Sequence record: NZ_CP025192.1
Length of the DNA: 64,000 nucleotides
Source of the DNA: a plasmid
Reading direction: 5' to 3' (one strand)
Of this stretch, positions 17,094 to 27,500 are shown piece after piece (position 1 is the stretch's first letter; every line of letters starts with the position of its first letter). The position numbers and the translations under genes are program-made. Under the pieces are notes generated by a model, which was not told the DNA's origin, ran no database searches, and worked only from the letters and a program-made list of their open reading frames with translations.

Positions 17094-19903
17094 GACGCGC
17101 CGCCCGCCGGGCCGCCAACGCGCAGCATGAGAACGGAGTGGAGGTCGGGCACGCGGATCTCGGCGGCGTCGAGCCGCGCCATGCGGGTCTCGTGCTCCGC
17201 GCGCAGGCGCCTGCGGCGATACTCGCGCACGCTCGGGAGCCCGATGCGGCCGATGGCCTGATACCTGACTTCGTAGGCGTGGCGGGCGCGGTCGCGCTCC
17301 TCCCGGATGCGGGCTGCGTGCTCTTCCGCCAGCTCGGCGAAGACCTGCTCACCGTTGGAGACGGCCGCACGCTTGGCGTCGTGGAACCACCGGCCCGGGA
17401 CCTTCTCCGAGGAAAGCCCGACCAGCCGGATGCGCTCCGTGACGAGGAGATCCCAGATCCGCCTCGCGGTCGGCATGAACATGCGCCCCTCGTCGCTCAC
17501 GAAGACCGCCAGGAAGCGCCGCCTGCCGAAGTCCTCGGCCGACAGACCGATCTGCCAAAGGGACCACACGCCCCTGACGGTATCGGGCAGCCCGCCGACC
17601 TCGACCACCGGGAGCGGCTGACCGTCCACGCAGCGGGGCAGCTCGGTGATGACGGCCCGGGCCCGCGCGTCCTCGAGCGTGACCCACTCCACGTCCGGCC
17701 GGCTCGCCGCGGTACGCGCGTCGAAGCACGCACCGACAGATTCGCTGCCGTCGATCCAGCGGAGACGCCACGTATCGCCGTCCTTGATCGCAGCGCCCCC
17801 CTTCCCCGGCAGGCCGGTCGTGATCGCCCGCTCGAGCCAGAACTGCGCGGGGTGGTCCTGCCACTTGCGTGCGCCTTCCGCGTCGAGCTCCTGGTCGCCG
17901 GCGAGGAGGTCGACGTTCCTGCGGCTCTCTGCGACTGCCGACCGGAGCTGCGACGCCACCGCATCGCACTCGGCTTCGATCGCGTCCGGGTTCTGGAGGC
18001 CCTGCACGAACAGCTCGTCGAACAGCCCGTCCGCCTCAACCGAGTCCATCACGTCCGCCGCCTTGTCGACGCCAAACTCCTCCGCGATGACGGCGAGCTT
18101 CGCCTCGAGAACCTCGCGGACCCGGTGCTCGACGGTGTCCTCAAGGACCAGGTTGATCGCGCGCACCACATGCGGCTGGCCGATGCGATCGACGCGACCG
18201 ATGCGCTGCTCGACCCGCATGGGGTTCCACGGCATGTCGAAGTTGACGATCACGTGGCAGAACTGGAGGTTGAGCCCCTCGCCACCGGCGTCGGTGGAGA
18301 CGAGAATCCTGACGTCGCGGGCGAACGCCTGCTGCGCCCGCGTGCGGGTCTCAAGGTCCATGCCGCCGTTGAGCGTTGCGACCGAGAAGCCACGCGCCTC
18401 TAGGAGCGCGGCGAGCATGGCCTGCGTCGGCACGAACTCCGTGAAGACGAGGACCTTCAGCTGCGGGTCCCCTTCCTCCTGCTGGAGTTTGTAGATGAGA
18501 TCCAGCAGCGCCTCGGCTTTCGCGTCGGTCCCCTGGGCCTCAGTAGAGCGGGCGAGCTCGAGAAGCACCTTGACCTCCGCCTTCTCCGTCTGCCAGCCCC
18601 TCGCCTCGACGGCCAAGTCGATCTGCGCCTGGCCGTCCAGATCCGCCCACTCGTCGACGTCGGCGGTCTCGAAAAGGGACGGCTGGAGCTGCGGCTGGTC
18701 CAGCATTGCCAGGCGGTTCTCAAGCGTCGCGCGGATAGCCGCGGTGCTCGACGTCACCAGCCTCTGCATGAGTATCATGAGGAACCCGATGTGCCGCTGC
18801 TTCGCGGCCAGCGCCTGGTTGTAGCCGTGGCGGACGTAGTCGGTGATCGCCTCGTAGAGACTCCTCTGGGCCGCGTGGCGGTCCTGCCATGCTACGGGAT
18901 GCAGCCTCGTCATCCGCGGCTTGAAGAGGGCCCTGCCTTCCGCGTCGATCGCGGCGCGCTTCTCCGTCCGGATCACGAACGGCCGGACGCGGTCGCTCGT
19001 CACGCTACTCTCGTCGGGGAAGGAATCGCGGTCGAGCAGCTGCATGAGCCGGTGGAACTGGTCGGTCTTGCCCTGGTGGGGCGTCGCCGACAGGAGGAGC
19101 AGGTAGGGTGCGGCCTCGGCCAGCGCCGCCCCGAGCTTGTACCGCGCGACCTGGTCCGTGCTGCCGCCCATGCGGTGCGCTTCGTCGATGATGACCAGGT
19201 CCCACGACGCCGAGACCAGGTCCTCGAAGCGCTCCCGGTTGTACGTGCTGAGCTGCTCGAGGGTCCAGCCGCGGCGCCCGTCCAGGGGCTTTACGGAATC
19301 GAGCGAGCAGATCACCTGGTCGTGGAGTCGCCAGAGGTTCTCCTCGTCGCTGCGCCACTGGCGGAAAGCGGAGAGCTCGGCCGGTTCGACGAATTGGAAG
19401 CTCTCGCCGAAGTGCAGCCGCATCTCCGCCTGCCACTGGCGCACGAGCCCCTTGGGCGCGACGACGAGGATCCGCTTCGCCATGCCGCGGAGCTTCAGCT
19501 CGCGTAGGATCAGCCCGGCCTCGATCGTCTTCCCGAGGCCCACCTCGTCCGCCAGGAGGTAGCGGATCCGGTGGCGCGCCATCGCGCGGTTCAGCGCGTA
19601 GAGCTGGTGCGGCAGCGGCACCACGCTGGACTGGACCGGCGCGAGCAGGAGGTCGTCCTCCAGCGCGTCGAGCAACCTCGCCGCCGCTGCGGTATGCAGG
19701 ACGTGTTCGACCGTGGGCTGGACGGAGCCGAGCTGCGCGAGATCCTTCTCGCGGGCGCGTACGACAGCGTCACGGCTAGGCAGCCAAACCCGATAGGCGA
19801 CCTCGCCCCAGATCTCTTCCCGGTCGATCACCCGGCAGGGTGCGGCATGTCGTCCGTGCCAACACCAATCGCCTACCGAGTGCCTGCCGCCGAGCTTGTT
19901 CAC
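17090..19903 (-). CDS. brxHII: BREX type-3 helicase BrxHII (SNF2/DEAD-like superfamily-2 helicase)
   Basis: Walker A DEVGLGKT, DEAH box (IIDEAHRMG), helicase-C motifs (FTEF...STDAGGEGLNLQ...QRIGRVDRIGQ). GTG start at 19903 forms GTGA overlap with pglXI stop. Confidence 0.8.
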   Translation of the reverse strand: MNKLGGRHSVGDWCWHGRHAAPCRVIDREEIWGEVAYRVWLPSRDAVVRAREKDLAQLGSVQPTVEHVLHTAAAARLLDALEDDLLLAPVQSSVVPLPHQLYALNRAMARHRIRYLLADEVGLGKTIEAGLILRELKLRGMAKRILVVAPKGLVRQWQAEMRLHFGESFQFVEPAELSAFRQWRSDEENLWRLHDQVICSLDSVKPLDGRRGWTLEQLSTYNRERFEDLVSASWDLVIIDEAHRMGGSTDQVARYKLGAALAEAAPYLLLLSATPHQGKTDQFHRLMQLLDRDSFPDESSVTSDRVRPFVIRTEKRAAIDAEGRALFKPRMTRLHPVAWQDRHAAQRSLYEAITDYVRHGYNQALAAKQRHIGFLMILMQRLVTSSTAAIRATLENRLAMLDQPQLQPSLFETADVDEWADLDGQAQIDLAVEARGWQTEKAEVKVLLELARSTEAQGTDAKAEALLDLIYKLQQEEGDPQLKVLVFTEFVPTQAMLAALLEARGFSVATLNGGMDLETRTRAQQAFARDVRILVSTDAGGEGLNLQFCHVIVNFDMPWNPMRVEQRIGRVDRIGQPHVVRAINLVLEDTVEHRVREVLEAKLAVIAEEFGVDKAADVMDSVEADGLFDELFVQGLQNPDAIEAECDAVASQLRSAVAESRRNVDLLAGDQELDAEGARKWQDHPAQFWLERAITTGLPGKGGAAIKDGDTWRLRWIDGSESVGACFDARTAASRPDVEWVTLEDARARAVITELPRCVDGQPLPVVEVGGLPDTVRGVWSLWQIGLSAEDFGRRRFLAVFVSDEGRMFMPTARRIWDLLVTERIRLVGLSSEKVPGRWFHDAKRAAVSNGEQVFAELAEEHAARIREERDRARHAYEVRYQAIGRIGLPSVREYRRRRLRAEHETRMARLDAAEIRVPDLHSVLMLRVGGPAGGAS

Positions 19904-22677
19904 CCGCCCCCCTCGGTCCGGGTGAGCGCCTGATCGTACCAGAGGAGGAGCTTCTCGTCCTCCTGCAGCGCCTCCTCGGGAATCTTCTGGGCGACGTCGA
20001 TGATGATTTTGTAGTTCTTGGCCGACCAAGCCACCTTGAAGCCCGCGCGGAGCACTTCAAGACGGAACTCCTTCAGCCGTCGTCCGGGAGCTACTCGATA
20101 CCCCTCGAACTCTTTTAGCAAAGCCCTCTCACGCTTCTGCTCCAGATCTTGCGCCTTACCAGGATCCGGCACGAACCAGCGGTCCTTCGCTTTTGCTTTC
20201 AACACTGGATCAGATTTCTCGCGATTCCGCATTTCATGATAGTTTGTTGAAAGATAGTTATGGATTTGGCTGGGCACATCGCTAGATCCATCGTAGCGCA
20301 AGAAATTGTCCTCAAGAAGATCGGAAAGTTCGGGGCGTGTTTCGTGCTTTTTCCAGCCTGCCCCGAGCTGAGTGATGAACTCCGGGTGCAATTCCTGGTA
20401 GGTCGATGGCCGCTTCCGGAGAAAATCGGTCAACCAATCGATGGCGCTACGTTCGTCTGCAACGAACATTTCCATTTGCGGTGCCTTAGGCACTTGAGCG
20501 CGCTTCTTATCATACTCAATGACCTGATCAGGCAAGAATACCATGCCGTCTCGCTCTGGAAAGCGGCTCCGAAGACCTTCCTGAAACTCTTGGCTGGAAA
20601 GAGGCACAGGCACATTGTGCCGGATAAACCACGCCACCATACGGTCAAACAGGATGCGGGGATCGCGCTCCGCGATGAACTCGAGCGCGGCAGCCTTCTG
20701 TTTTGTCACTGGCAACTGACGAAGATGGGTCTGGACAAAATCCCAGGCTGACTCCATTGCAGGCTGGTTTTCAAACCGCTGTTCCAATCCGCCATTCGGT
20801 TTATATGCCGATATTATGAGATCCTGCTTTACTGCGACGGTAGTGGTAACGGACTTGAAACTTCCCTGCTTCTTGTCGAGAGTTGACACATCGGCAACCA
20901 CGAACCCAGCTTCTTGTAAAGCGGTTTGCAGGCTGTTCCAAACAGACGCTTGTGTATTCGAAAATACAACAGTCATCCACCGACCTGGTTTGAGGACACG
21001 GTAATATTCAGCGAAGCAAGAGGCCATTATTCGACGATAATCATCAAGAGATTTTTGTGATGCACGATTTTCTTTGGACCGGTCTACAATCGCATCAAGC
21101 CGTGCGTCCGTCATAACGCCATGCCATGCCTCAACAAGAAAATTGAGTTCTGCGTACGGTAGATTTTCTCCGAACGGAGGGTCGGTGAATACATAGTCGA
21201 TCGAGGAGTCTTCTAGGGGGAGTTTGGCTGCTGTGCCTGTGGTTGTGATAGCATTCTGTGATCTAAGCCTGAAGGCGTCGAAAGCCTTCTCAAGACGGCT
21301 CAGCTTACCTTCAAGAATATACCACGGACTGCATTCTGCATGCTGCGCTCCAACATAATAAACGCCAGCCAGATATTGGTTGACTTGCGAAAAGTGAGTT
21401 GGCGCATATCGCGCGAGGATGGACATACCCCAAATCGCTTGCTCTACGAAGTACATCAACATCGATCGAATGCGGCCATCTTTGTAATTACACGCGCTCC
21501 GCCACAAAGCTCCCATGCCGTGCGCTGCACGAGACAGAAACATGTCTTGAACAGACGTAACGCCTTTGTCACGCATTCGTGGAGCTTCCCACATATCGGC
21601 ATATGGGAAGCCGGTGGTGGGGACCTCTTCTGGAATAGGAAGGTCGTTGATTTTCTTGATGAGAGCTAGGTCAGCAGCATCTGGCTTCTTCTCATACCGG
21701 GTGCCGCCCACTTTATACGAGATTAACGAAGGCGCGCGCTTGGGGACGCTTATCGTCTTGCCGGACAGAGCATCAATCTTCGTCTCATAGCGACGATCCA
21801 GCTTCTTTTTCGTAAGTGTTGCGCCGCAGTGGGGGCATGGAAATTCGTCCCGCACTCGCTTAGTCGAATCATCGAGTGCTTCGTCGATGAAATTCACTTC
21901 GTCGGCGCAGTCGGGACACGTGAAGAGTTCGCTCCAAACCGTGAACTCAATTCGCCCCTTCGTTTTCCGATCTACATGCAATGTTTCATACATCCAGCCA
22001 ATCTCGCGCTCGACTTCAGCGAGCAACCGCTTCCCGGCGGCGGCAAAGGCGCCGACATCAAATGGTAGATTATAGTTCGCGGCGATGAAGGTCGCCGCCG
22101 GCGACAGGTCGTTCAAAACGACCTTGCGTGCGCCCCATCGGGGCGCTGGTTGGCCAGCCTTCTTCCACTCCATCTCGAGCTGCTGGCGGTAGGTGGCGGG
22201 CGCCGTGCCGCACCATTGTGCCGCCACGCCTGTCATGCCTGACCCAGCAAAGCCGTCGAGCACGACGTCACCCGGTTCGGTGAAGTGCAGGATAGACGGC
22301 ACGATGGCCAAGTGCGGCACTTTGGTGTGATAGGAGTGCGCCTTATAGATCGGGTCCGTCTTACCGACCGAGACATCAATCGCCATCGGCTCGCGCGCAT
22401 ACTCCTTGGCCGGGTCGTAGGGCTTGCCGCAGTGCTTCACGAAATCGGCTAGCCAAGGGTTAGGGCAGGCCGTGTAGTAGGGCGGATCCGACATGGCCAG
22501 GATCGCCTCGTCGGTCCCCTTCGGGAACCCCTCCTGTGTGCGGAAGGCGGGGTCCTTCAGCTTCTCGGCCAGCAGCTTCCGGAAATGCTCGCGGCGCGCG
22601 TCCTCGTTCGGAAAGGTCAGCCCCAGGCATGTCACCGCACCTGCCGCGCCAGGGCGAGGGATCAGAGTCTCATTCAT
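19900..22677 (-). CDS. pglXI: BREX type-3 DNA methyltransferase PglXI
   Basis: 925 aa. SAM motif I VLDGFAGSGMTG. Two (D/N)PP(Y/F) motifs (SDPPYYTACPNPW; FTDPPFGENLPY). Zinc-ribbon CPDC...CPHC. Distinctly AT-richer (about 50% GC) than flanking genes. Confidence 0.8.
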   Translation of the reverse strand: MNETLIPRPGAAGAVTCLGLTFPNEDARREHFRKLLAEKLKDPAFRTQEGFPKGTDEAILAMSDPPYYTACPNPWLADFVKHCGKPYDPAKEYAREPMAIDVSVGKTDPIYKAHSYHTKVPHLAIVPSILHFTEPGDVVLDGFAGSGMTGVAAQWCGTAPATYRQQLEMEWKKAGQPAPRWGARKVVLNDLSPAATFIAANYNLPFDVGAFAAAGKRLLAEVEREIGWMYETLHVDRKTKGRIEFTVWSELFTCPDCADEVNFIDEALDDSTKRVRDEFPCPHCGATLTKKKLDRRYETKIDALSGKTISVPKRAPSLISYKVGGTRYEKKPDAADLALIKKINDLPIPEEVPTTGFPYADMWEAPRMRDKGVTSVQDMFLSRAAHGMGALWRSACNYKDGRIRSMLMYFVEQAIWGMSILARYAPTHFSQVNQYLAGVYYVGAQHAECSPWYILEGKLSRLEKAFDAFRLRSQNAITTTGTAAKLPLEDSSIDYVFTDPPFGENLPYAELNFLVEAWHGVMTDARLDAIVDRSKENRASQKSLDDYRRIMASCFAEYYRVLKPGRWMTVVFSNTQASVWNSLQTALQEAGFVVADVSTLDKKQGSFKSVTTTVAVKQDLIISAYKPNGGLEQRFENQPAMESAWDFVQTHLRQLPVTKQKAAALEFIAERDPRILFDRMVAWFIRHNVPVPLSSQEFQEGLRSRFPERDGMVFLPDQVIEYDKKRAQVPKAPQMEMFVADERSAIDWLTDFLRKRPSTYQELHPEFITQLGAGWKKHETRPELSDLLEDNFLRYDGSSDVPSQIHNYLSTNYHEMRNREKSDPVLKAKAKDRWFVPDPGKAQDLEQKRERALLKEFEGYRVAPGRRLKEFRLEVLRAGFKVAWSAKNYKIIIDVAQKIPEEALQEDEKLLLWYDQALTRTEGGG

Positions 22678-24544
22678 TGTCGGCCTCGTTCGTGGGGCGC
22701 GCCGCGGGCTGACGGCCTGCGCGCAGCGCTCGGAGCTTGATGCCGGCCTCCGTCAGCACATACTGCTGGTTTGGCGACCGAGGTTTGTCCGGTACGGTCA
22801 TTCGCAGTACGCGCGCCTGCAGAAGCGGCTCGAGGTACTGTGCCATGAAGTGCGGACGCTGCTTGTAGCCCGCCCGCGCCATGAGATCTGCGAGGCTGCG
22901 CGGCACGTCCGCGTGCTCGACGACGCGCCACTGGCCTTCAGTCAACCGATCAAGCGACCGAACAAGCTCGGGCTGGCTGTCGGCAGCTTGTTCGGTGGCT
23001 TGTTCGGTCGTGGATGACGCCGTTGTCTGGTCCCCGCCCCCTTGGCCCTGTGGCGCCGCACCGGCCAGCGACGGCCCGTAACGCGAGCGGAGATGGGCGG
23101 GCAGCGTGTACTGAGCCCCCCCGGTTTCTAGCGGTGCCACCAGAACCTGGGCAACCAGGCGCTCGATAACCGCCTTCGCCGCAGCACTGGTCAGGCCCGT
23201 GAGCGCCTTGACGTCGGTGAGGTCGATGTGGCCGCGGCGGGTAAGGTACGCGAAGACCGCCGCCTCGTGCTCCGACAGGCTGGCCCCGAGGCTCGCCTGA
23301 GCCAGGAGCTGCTCCTCGGTGATCAGCTTCTCCTTCCGCATCGTCAGCCGGAAGGTCTTGTCCGCCTTGTCGTTGTCGATCTCCGGCGGGAGATAGCCGA
23401 GGCTCCGCCAGCCGTTGAAGATCGCGCCGACCCCGGTGCCGCCCTGGTCGGACAGACCGATACGCCGGAAGGCGTTCACGACGCTTGGGTTGCGGACCTC
23501 CTTGTCGCCGGGGTCCAGCAGCCTTTCCCTCGGGGAGAACGCATCGCCCGGATTGAAGAACTCGGTCTGGTTATGGAAGAACCTGATCACCGGGAGCCGT
23601 GTGTGGTCAGAGAAGTCCTGGTGGATGAGCAGGTTGATGGCCGCCTCGCGGAAGGACACGTAATCGGCGGGGTCATCGTCGCGTCTAAAGGTCGCCGCGT
23701 CGACCGAGAACGGGCGCTCGCTGTGCTTGAAGTAGAAGCCGACGATGCTCTGCCAGGTCTGGATCAGGTTCTCTTCGCAGGTCACGCGGTCCGCCCAGCG
23801 GACGCTCGGGGAGTAGTCATCCGCGCCGCTCCGATACAGCTGCAGGTCTACCGCCATGCGGGGTAGGATTTGACGGAAGTAGCCGTCCGCGCCCAGCGTG
23901 AGGATCGCTGCCCGAGTCGGGAGCAGGACGCCGCCGTGCTCGACGACGAAGCTCCACCTGCGCAGGAAGGCGTCATCGTCGTCGCCCTCGTTCCTCCCTG
24001 GGTTGCTGGCGTTGAAGCGTGCCCGGTACCACCGCAGCGATGCTGCGTCGAAGCACTGTTTGATGTCCAAATCCAACGGCTCAGCATCGAAGCGCTCGGT
24101 GGCCCCATCCCGATAGAAGCGGAGCAACTCGTCGGCGGTGCACGTGTCATCGCGACCACCCCGACGGATGAATGCCTTGCGCAGATCCCGGTCGATGTAG
24201 ACCGGCTTAGCGCGACGTTCGGCCTCGGGGATCCAGAAGGCCAGCACCGTGCCTTCGGGCAGATTGTGCAGGTGAGCGCGGACAGGCAGCCGTACGCTAA
24301 TCTTGTTCAGATCGCGCAATTGGCCGAGGAAGTCGTTCTGAACATTGTCCGCCTCGACGACGCCGGTGACCGAGAAGGAGCCGCGCGTCTCCTTGACCCC
24401 GAACACGAGGTACCCACCCGACGTATTGGCGAACGCGCTCACCGTGGAGAAGGCATTGCGCGGCACCATCGTGGCGGCCTCCTTGAACTCCACGTCGTTC
24501 CATTCGATGGACTGGAGCTTCGCCAGCAACTCGTCGCGGGTCAT
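22670..24544 (-). CDS. accessory ATP-binding protein embedded in the BREX operon (Schlafen/AlbA_2-like N-domain plus HATPase_c_4-like region and C-terminal wHTH-like tail)
   Basis: 624 aa from ATG 24544 (MTRDELLAKLQSIEWNDVEFKEA...). N-terminus resembles divergent AAA/AlbA_2 putative DNA-binding domain. Sits between brxC (2-nt gap) and pglXI (8-nt overlap). Confidence 0.6.
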   Translation of the reverse strand: MTRDELLAKLQSIEWNDVEFKEAATMVPRNAFSTVSAFANTSGGYLVFGVKETRGSFSVTGVVEADNVQNDFLGQLRDLNKISVRLPVRAHLHNLPEGTVLAFWIPEAERRAKPVYIDRDLRKAFIRRGGRDDTCTADELLRFYRDGATERFDAEPLDLDIKQCFDAASLRWYRARFNASNPGRNEGDDDDAFLRRWSFVVEHGGVLLPTRAAILTLGADGYFRQILPRMAVDLQLYRSGADDYSPSVRWADRVTCEENLIQTWQSIVGFYFKHSERPFSVDAATFRRDDDPADYVSFREAAINLLIHQDFSDHTRLPVIRFFHNQTEFFNPGDAFSPRERLLDPGDKEVRNPSVVNAFRRIGLSDQGGTGVGAIFNGWRSLGYLPPEIDNDKADKTFRLTMRKEKLITEEQLLAQASLGASLSEHEAAVFAYLTRRGHIDLTDVKALTGLTSAAAKAVIERLVAQVLVAPLETGGAQYTLPAHLRSRYGPSLAGAAPQGQGGGDQTTASSTTEQATEQAADSQPELVRSLDRLTEGQWRVVEHADVPRSLADLMARAGYKQRPHFMAQYLEPLLQARVLRMTVPDKPRSPNQQYVLTEAGIKLRALRAGRQPAARPTNEADNE

Positions 24545-24546
24545 GG

Positions 24547-27500
24547 CTACTCCACCACGAACCGCAGTTTGGTGGTGTCCCTGCCCTTGCACCGGTCGCT
24601 CAGGAACGTCTCGAAACGCTTGCGCAGGTCCTCGGGCGTGGCCGGCGAACCGCCCTGGAGCAGCGCCTGCTTGATCTCGCCGCCGGTGACTGGGATCTTC
24701 TCGAGGCCTGACAGCGCCTCCTGCACCGCCGCGACGAAGTCCGAGCCCACCGGATCGGGAAGCGCCTTCGACGCGACGAACCCGTCGACCAGCTTCCGGG
24801 TCGCGGGCTTGAGCAGGTCGAAGTTCGCCTGGATTATCGGGTCTTCCAGGTTGTCCAGCAGCGTCTGCTGCCACCCATCGAGCAGCCGGTCGAGCTCGCC
24901 GTCCAGCTGCTTCAGCATGGTCGCTGCCGGCAGCATGTCGCCCTGTTCGCTCGTCGGCCGGAAGTGGCAGTGTGGGCAAACAGGACTGGCTGCGAGGTCC
25001 GCATCCATCAAAGAGTCGCAGCTCTTTAGCTTGCCGAGCTTGTCCTCGAAGCTGTCGAGCTGGCTGGTGGGCATCAAGGAAATGTTGCGGAGCACTCGCA
25101 TTGCGATCAGCCGACCGTCCTTGCGCAGAGCTTCCTTACTCTTGTTCTCCGCCACGCCGAGGCGCGCTCTGCTATGCTGCCCGACGTAGGCAGCAACGTA
25201 GTCTTTCTTCAGGCGTGCCAGGATTTGCCGGTACTCGCCTGCGTGCTGCGCAGTTCGATCGGTTGCGAGCCGCTCAAACACCTGCTTGCGCGCCGCTTGC
25301 GCCTGCTGCACCCAGGGATCATCGCCCGTCAGCACCATCTCGGCCTGCGAGAGGTAGCCGGCCGCGGTGCCCAATTCCGCGACGAGTTCCAGCATGCGTT
25401 CGACGGCGTCCAGCGCCTCCAGGTGCTTCTTTTGCGCCGCCACGTCGTCCGAGCCGACGCGCAGGTTCTTGAGCTTGCCCACCGTGTTGTACGGAGACAG
25501 ACTCTCCGCGAAGGCCTTCAGCGCATCCAGCTTCGCCCGCCAGTCGGCGAGCTCGTTCTCGCGCAGGAGCGGCTGCCCCCAGAAGCTCAGCCGTCCCGCC
25601 ATATCGGTCGTCGCGGCGAGCACGCGCCGCGTCAGCTTCGTGACCTCCTCCTGCAGCCGCTTGACCGGCTCGTCGGACCCCTGCGCGGCCTGCTGCGCGA
25701 GACCGGGCTGGAGGCCGAGCATCTCGAATAGCGCGCGAAGGACGGCGACGTTGATCTCCCGCGGGGCCTCGACGTGCTTAAACTGCCGGAGCTCGTCGAG
25801 CGGCCGCTCGGCGAGCAGCGCGATCTTGCCAGGATCGATCTTGTCGCCGGCGACCGCCAGCACGATGTCGCCCGAGTAGACGAGTGCGCCCAGCACCGCG
25901 ACGAGCAGATCGGGCTCTAGCCGGAACTTGAGCGGCGCGAAGTACTCGACGTCGGCGCCGCCGCTCAGCAGCTCGCCGCGGTTCAGCACCTGCCCGTGGC
26001 CCTTCGCCTTGAGACGCGAGAGGACCTCCTGCGCGTAGCGGGACCGCTCCGGGTCGAGGCGATCGCCGTCCAGCATCTCGAGGCCGTCCAGGATGACCAC
26101 CGCGTCCTTGGTGCGGGGCCCGCCGGCGAGGGCGCGCAGCGCGTTCCCAACGAGCTGCTTTCGGTTCGCCTCGGTCAGCAGCGCAGTGAACGTCGGGTAC
26201 TCGGGCGCCACCTCAGCGAACCGGTTGCCCAGCGCCACGCCGGCGATCACGTTCACCACGTCGCGGAAGTTGATGCGCTCGTCGGGCCGCAGCCGCGCCT
26301 TGTCGCGCAGCGAGATCCCCTTCGTCCACTCCTGTAGGGTCCGGGCCTTGCCCTGGTAGGTGACCTCGTAGGCCGCCATTTGCTTTTCCTGCAGCCACTT
26401 GCCCATCTCGCGCAGGGCGTCGTTCGCCTTGTCGAGGTAGACGCTTTTGGCGGCGCCGCTGGCGGTCGACGCGAGGTCCTGCGCAGCGGCGTAGCAGGAC
26501 AGGTGCCGCCTGATCGCGTCGTCGGGGCCCTTGAGCCGGAAGAACACCTCGTCGGCCTTGTGCTCGTCGCGAAAGCGCGGCGGCTCGAACGGCTGGATGA
26601 AGTAGATGTAGAAGTCGCGCTCGGGCTGCGCCGTCGGCCGGTCGTTCGGCGCGCCGAAGAAGAGGTAGCCGATGCGCTCGACGCGGCGCTCCTGCCACTC
26701 GATCTGGTACTGCCAGATCTGGTGGCCGGCGACGTAGGTGGTCTCGTCCGTGCGCTCCATGAGCTGGCGGACCGCGCTGAAGTAGGCGCGGTCGAGCGCG
26801 TCGTCCGAGAGCGCCTCGGCCCGCTTCTCGATCTGGGCGTCGTAGTCGACGTCCTTCTTTAAATCCAGGAAGTACTGGTCGGTGTCGGGCGCCCTGGAGA
26901 TGAACTGGCCGTTGACGGTCTTCAGCGTCTCGCGGAGGACGGTCTGCACCAGGGAAAGCAGGTCGGCGTCGGGCTCGCCGCCCATCGCGTCGATGCCCGG
27001 TTGGAACAGGCAGAGCGTGTCCCGCAGTTCGGTGGCGGTTGGCCCCACGGGCACGTAGATGTCCCCGCCCGTCGTCAGCCGGTGCACCGAGAGGCCGTTG
27101 ATGATCCGGAGCGCCATTGGCCGGTAGGCGGGACGGGTGAACGCCTTCCTTACCCGTTCGGACAGAACCTCGGAAACTTTCAGCACCGGCCCGATGCTCG
27201 GGTCGGCGCGGAGGACGGAGTTGGCCGTGATCGTGTCCCAGAACCTGTCGTAGCCGATCAGCCCCGGGCGGTCGCCCGGTACCTCGTCGTCCAGGATGTC
27301 CTGGATCTGGTCGCGGAGGGTGACCAGCGCGCCGCGCTTCTCGGCGAAGACCAGGCGCTCGAACGTCCCGATGTAGTCGGGGTGCACCGGGAACAGCCGC
27401 ACGTAGTCGTCCATGCGCTCGTTCATGGACCCGTAAAACTTGGAGAACGGCGCCAGGTACGCCCGGATCCGCTCCTGCTGGTCGGCGGTCTTCTTCAGCA

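Noticed and set aside
17138-18494. 421-aa and 282-aa plus-strand ORFs
   Set aside because: Antisense to the helicase gene (clear SF2 motifs on the minus strand).
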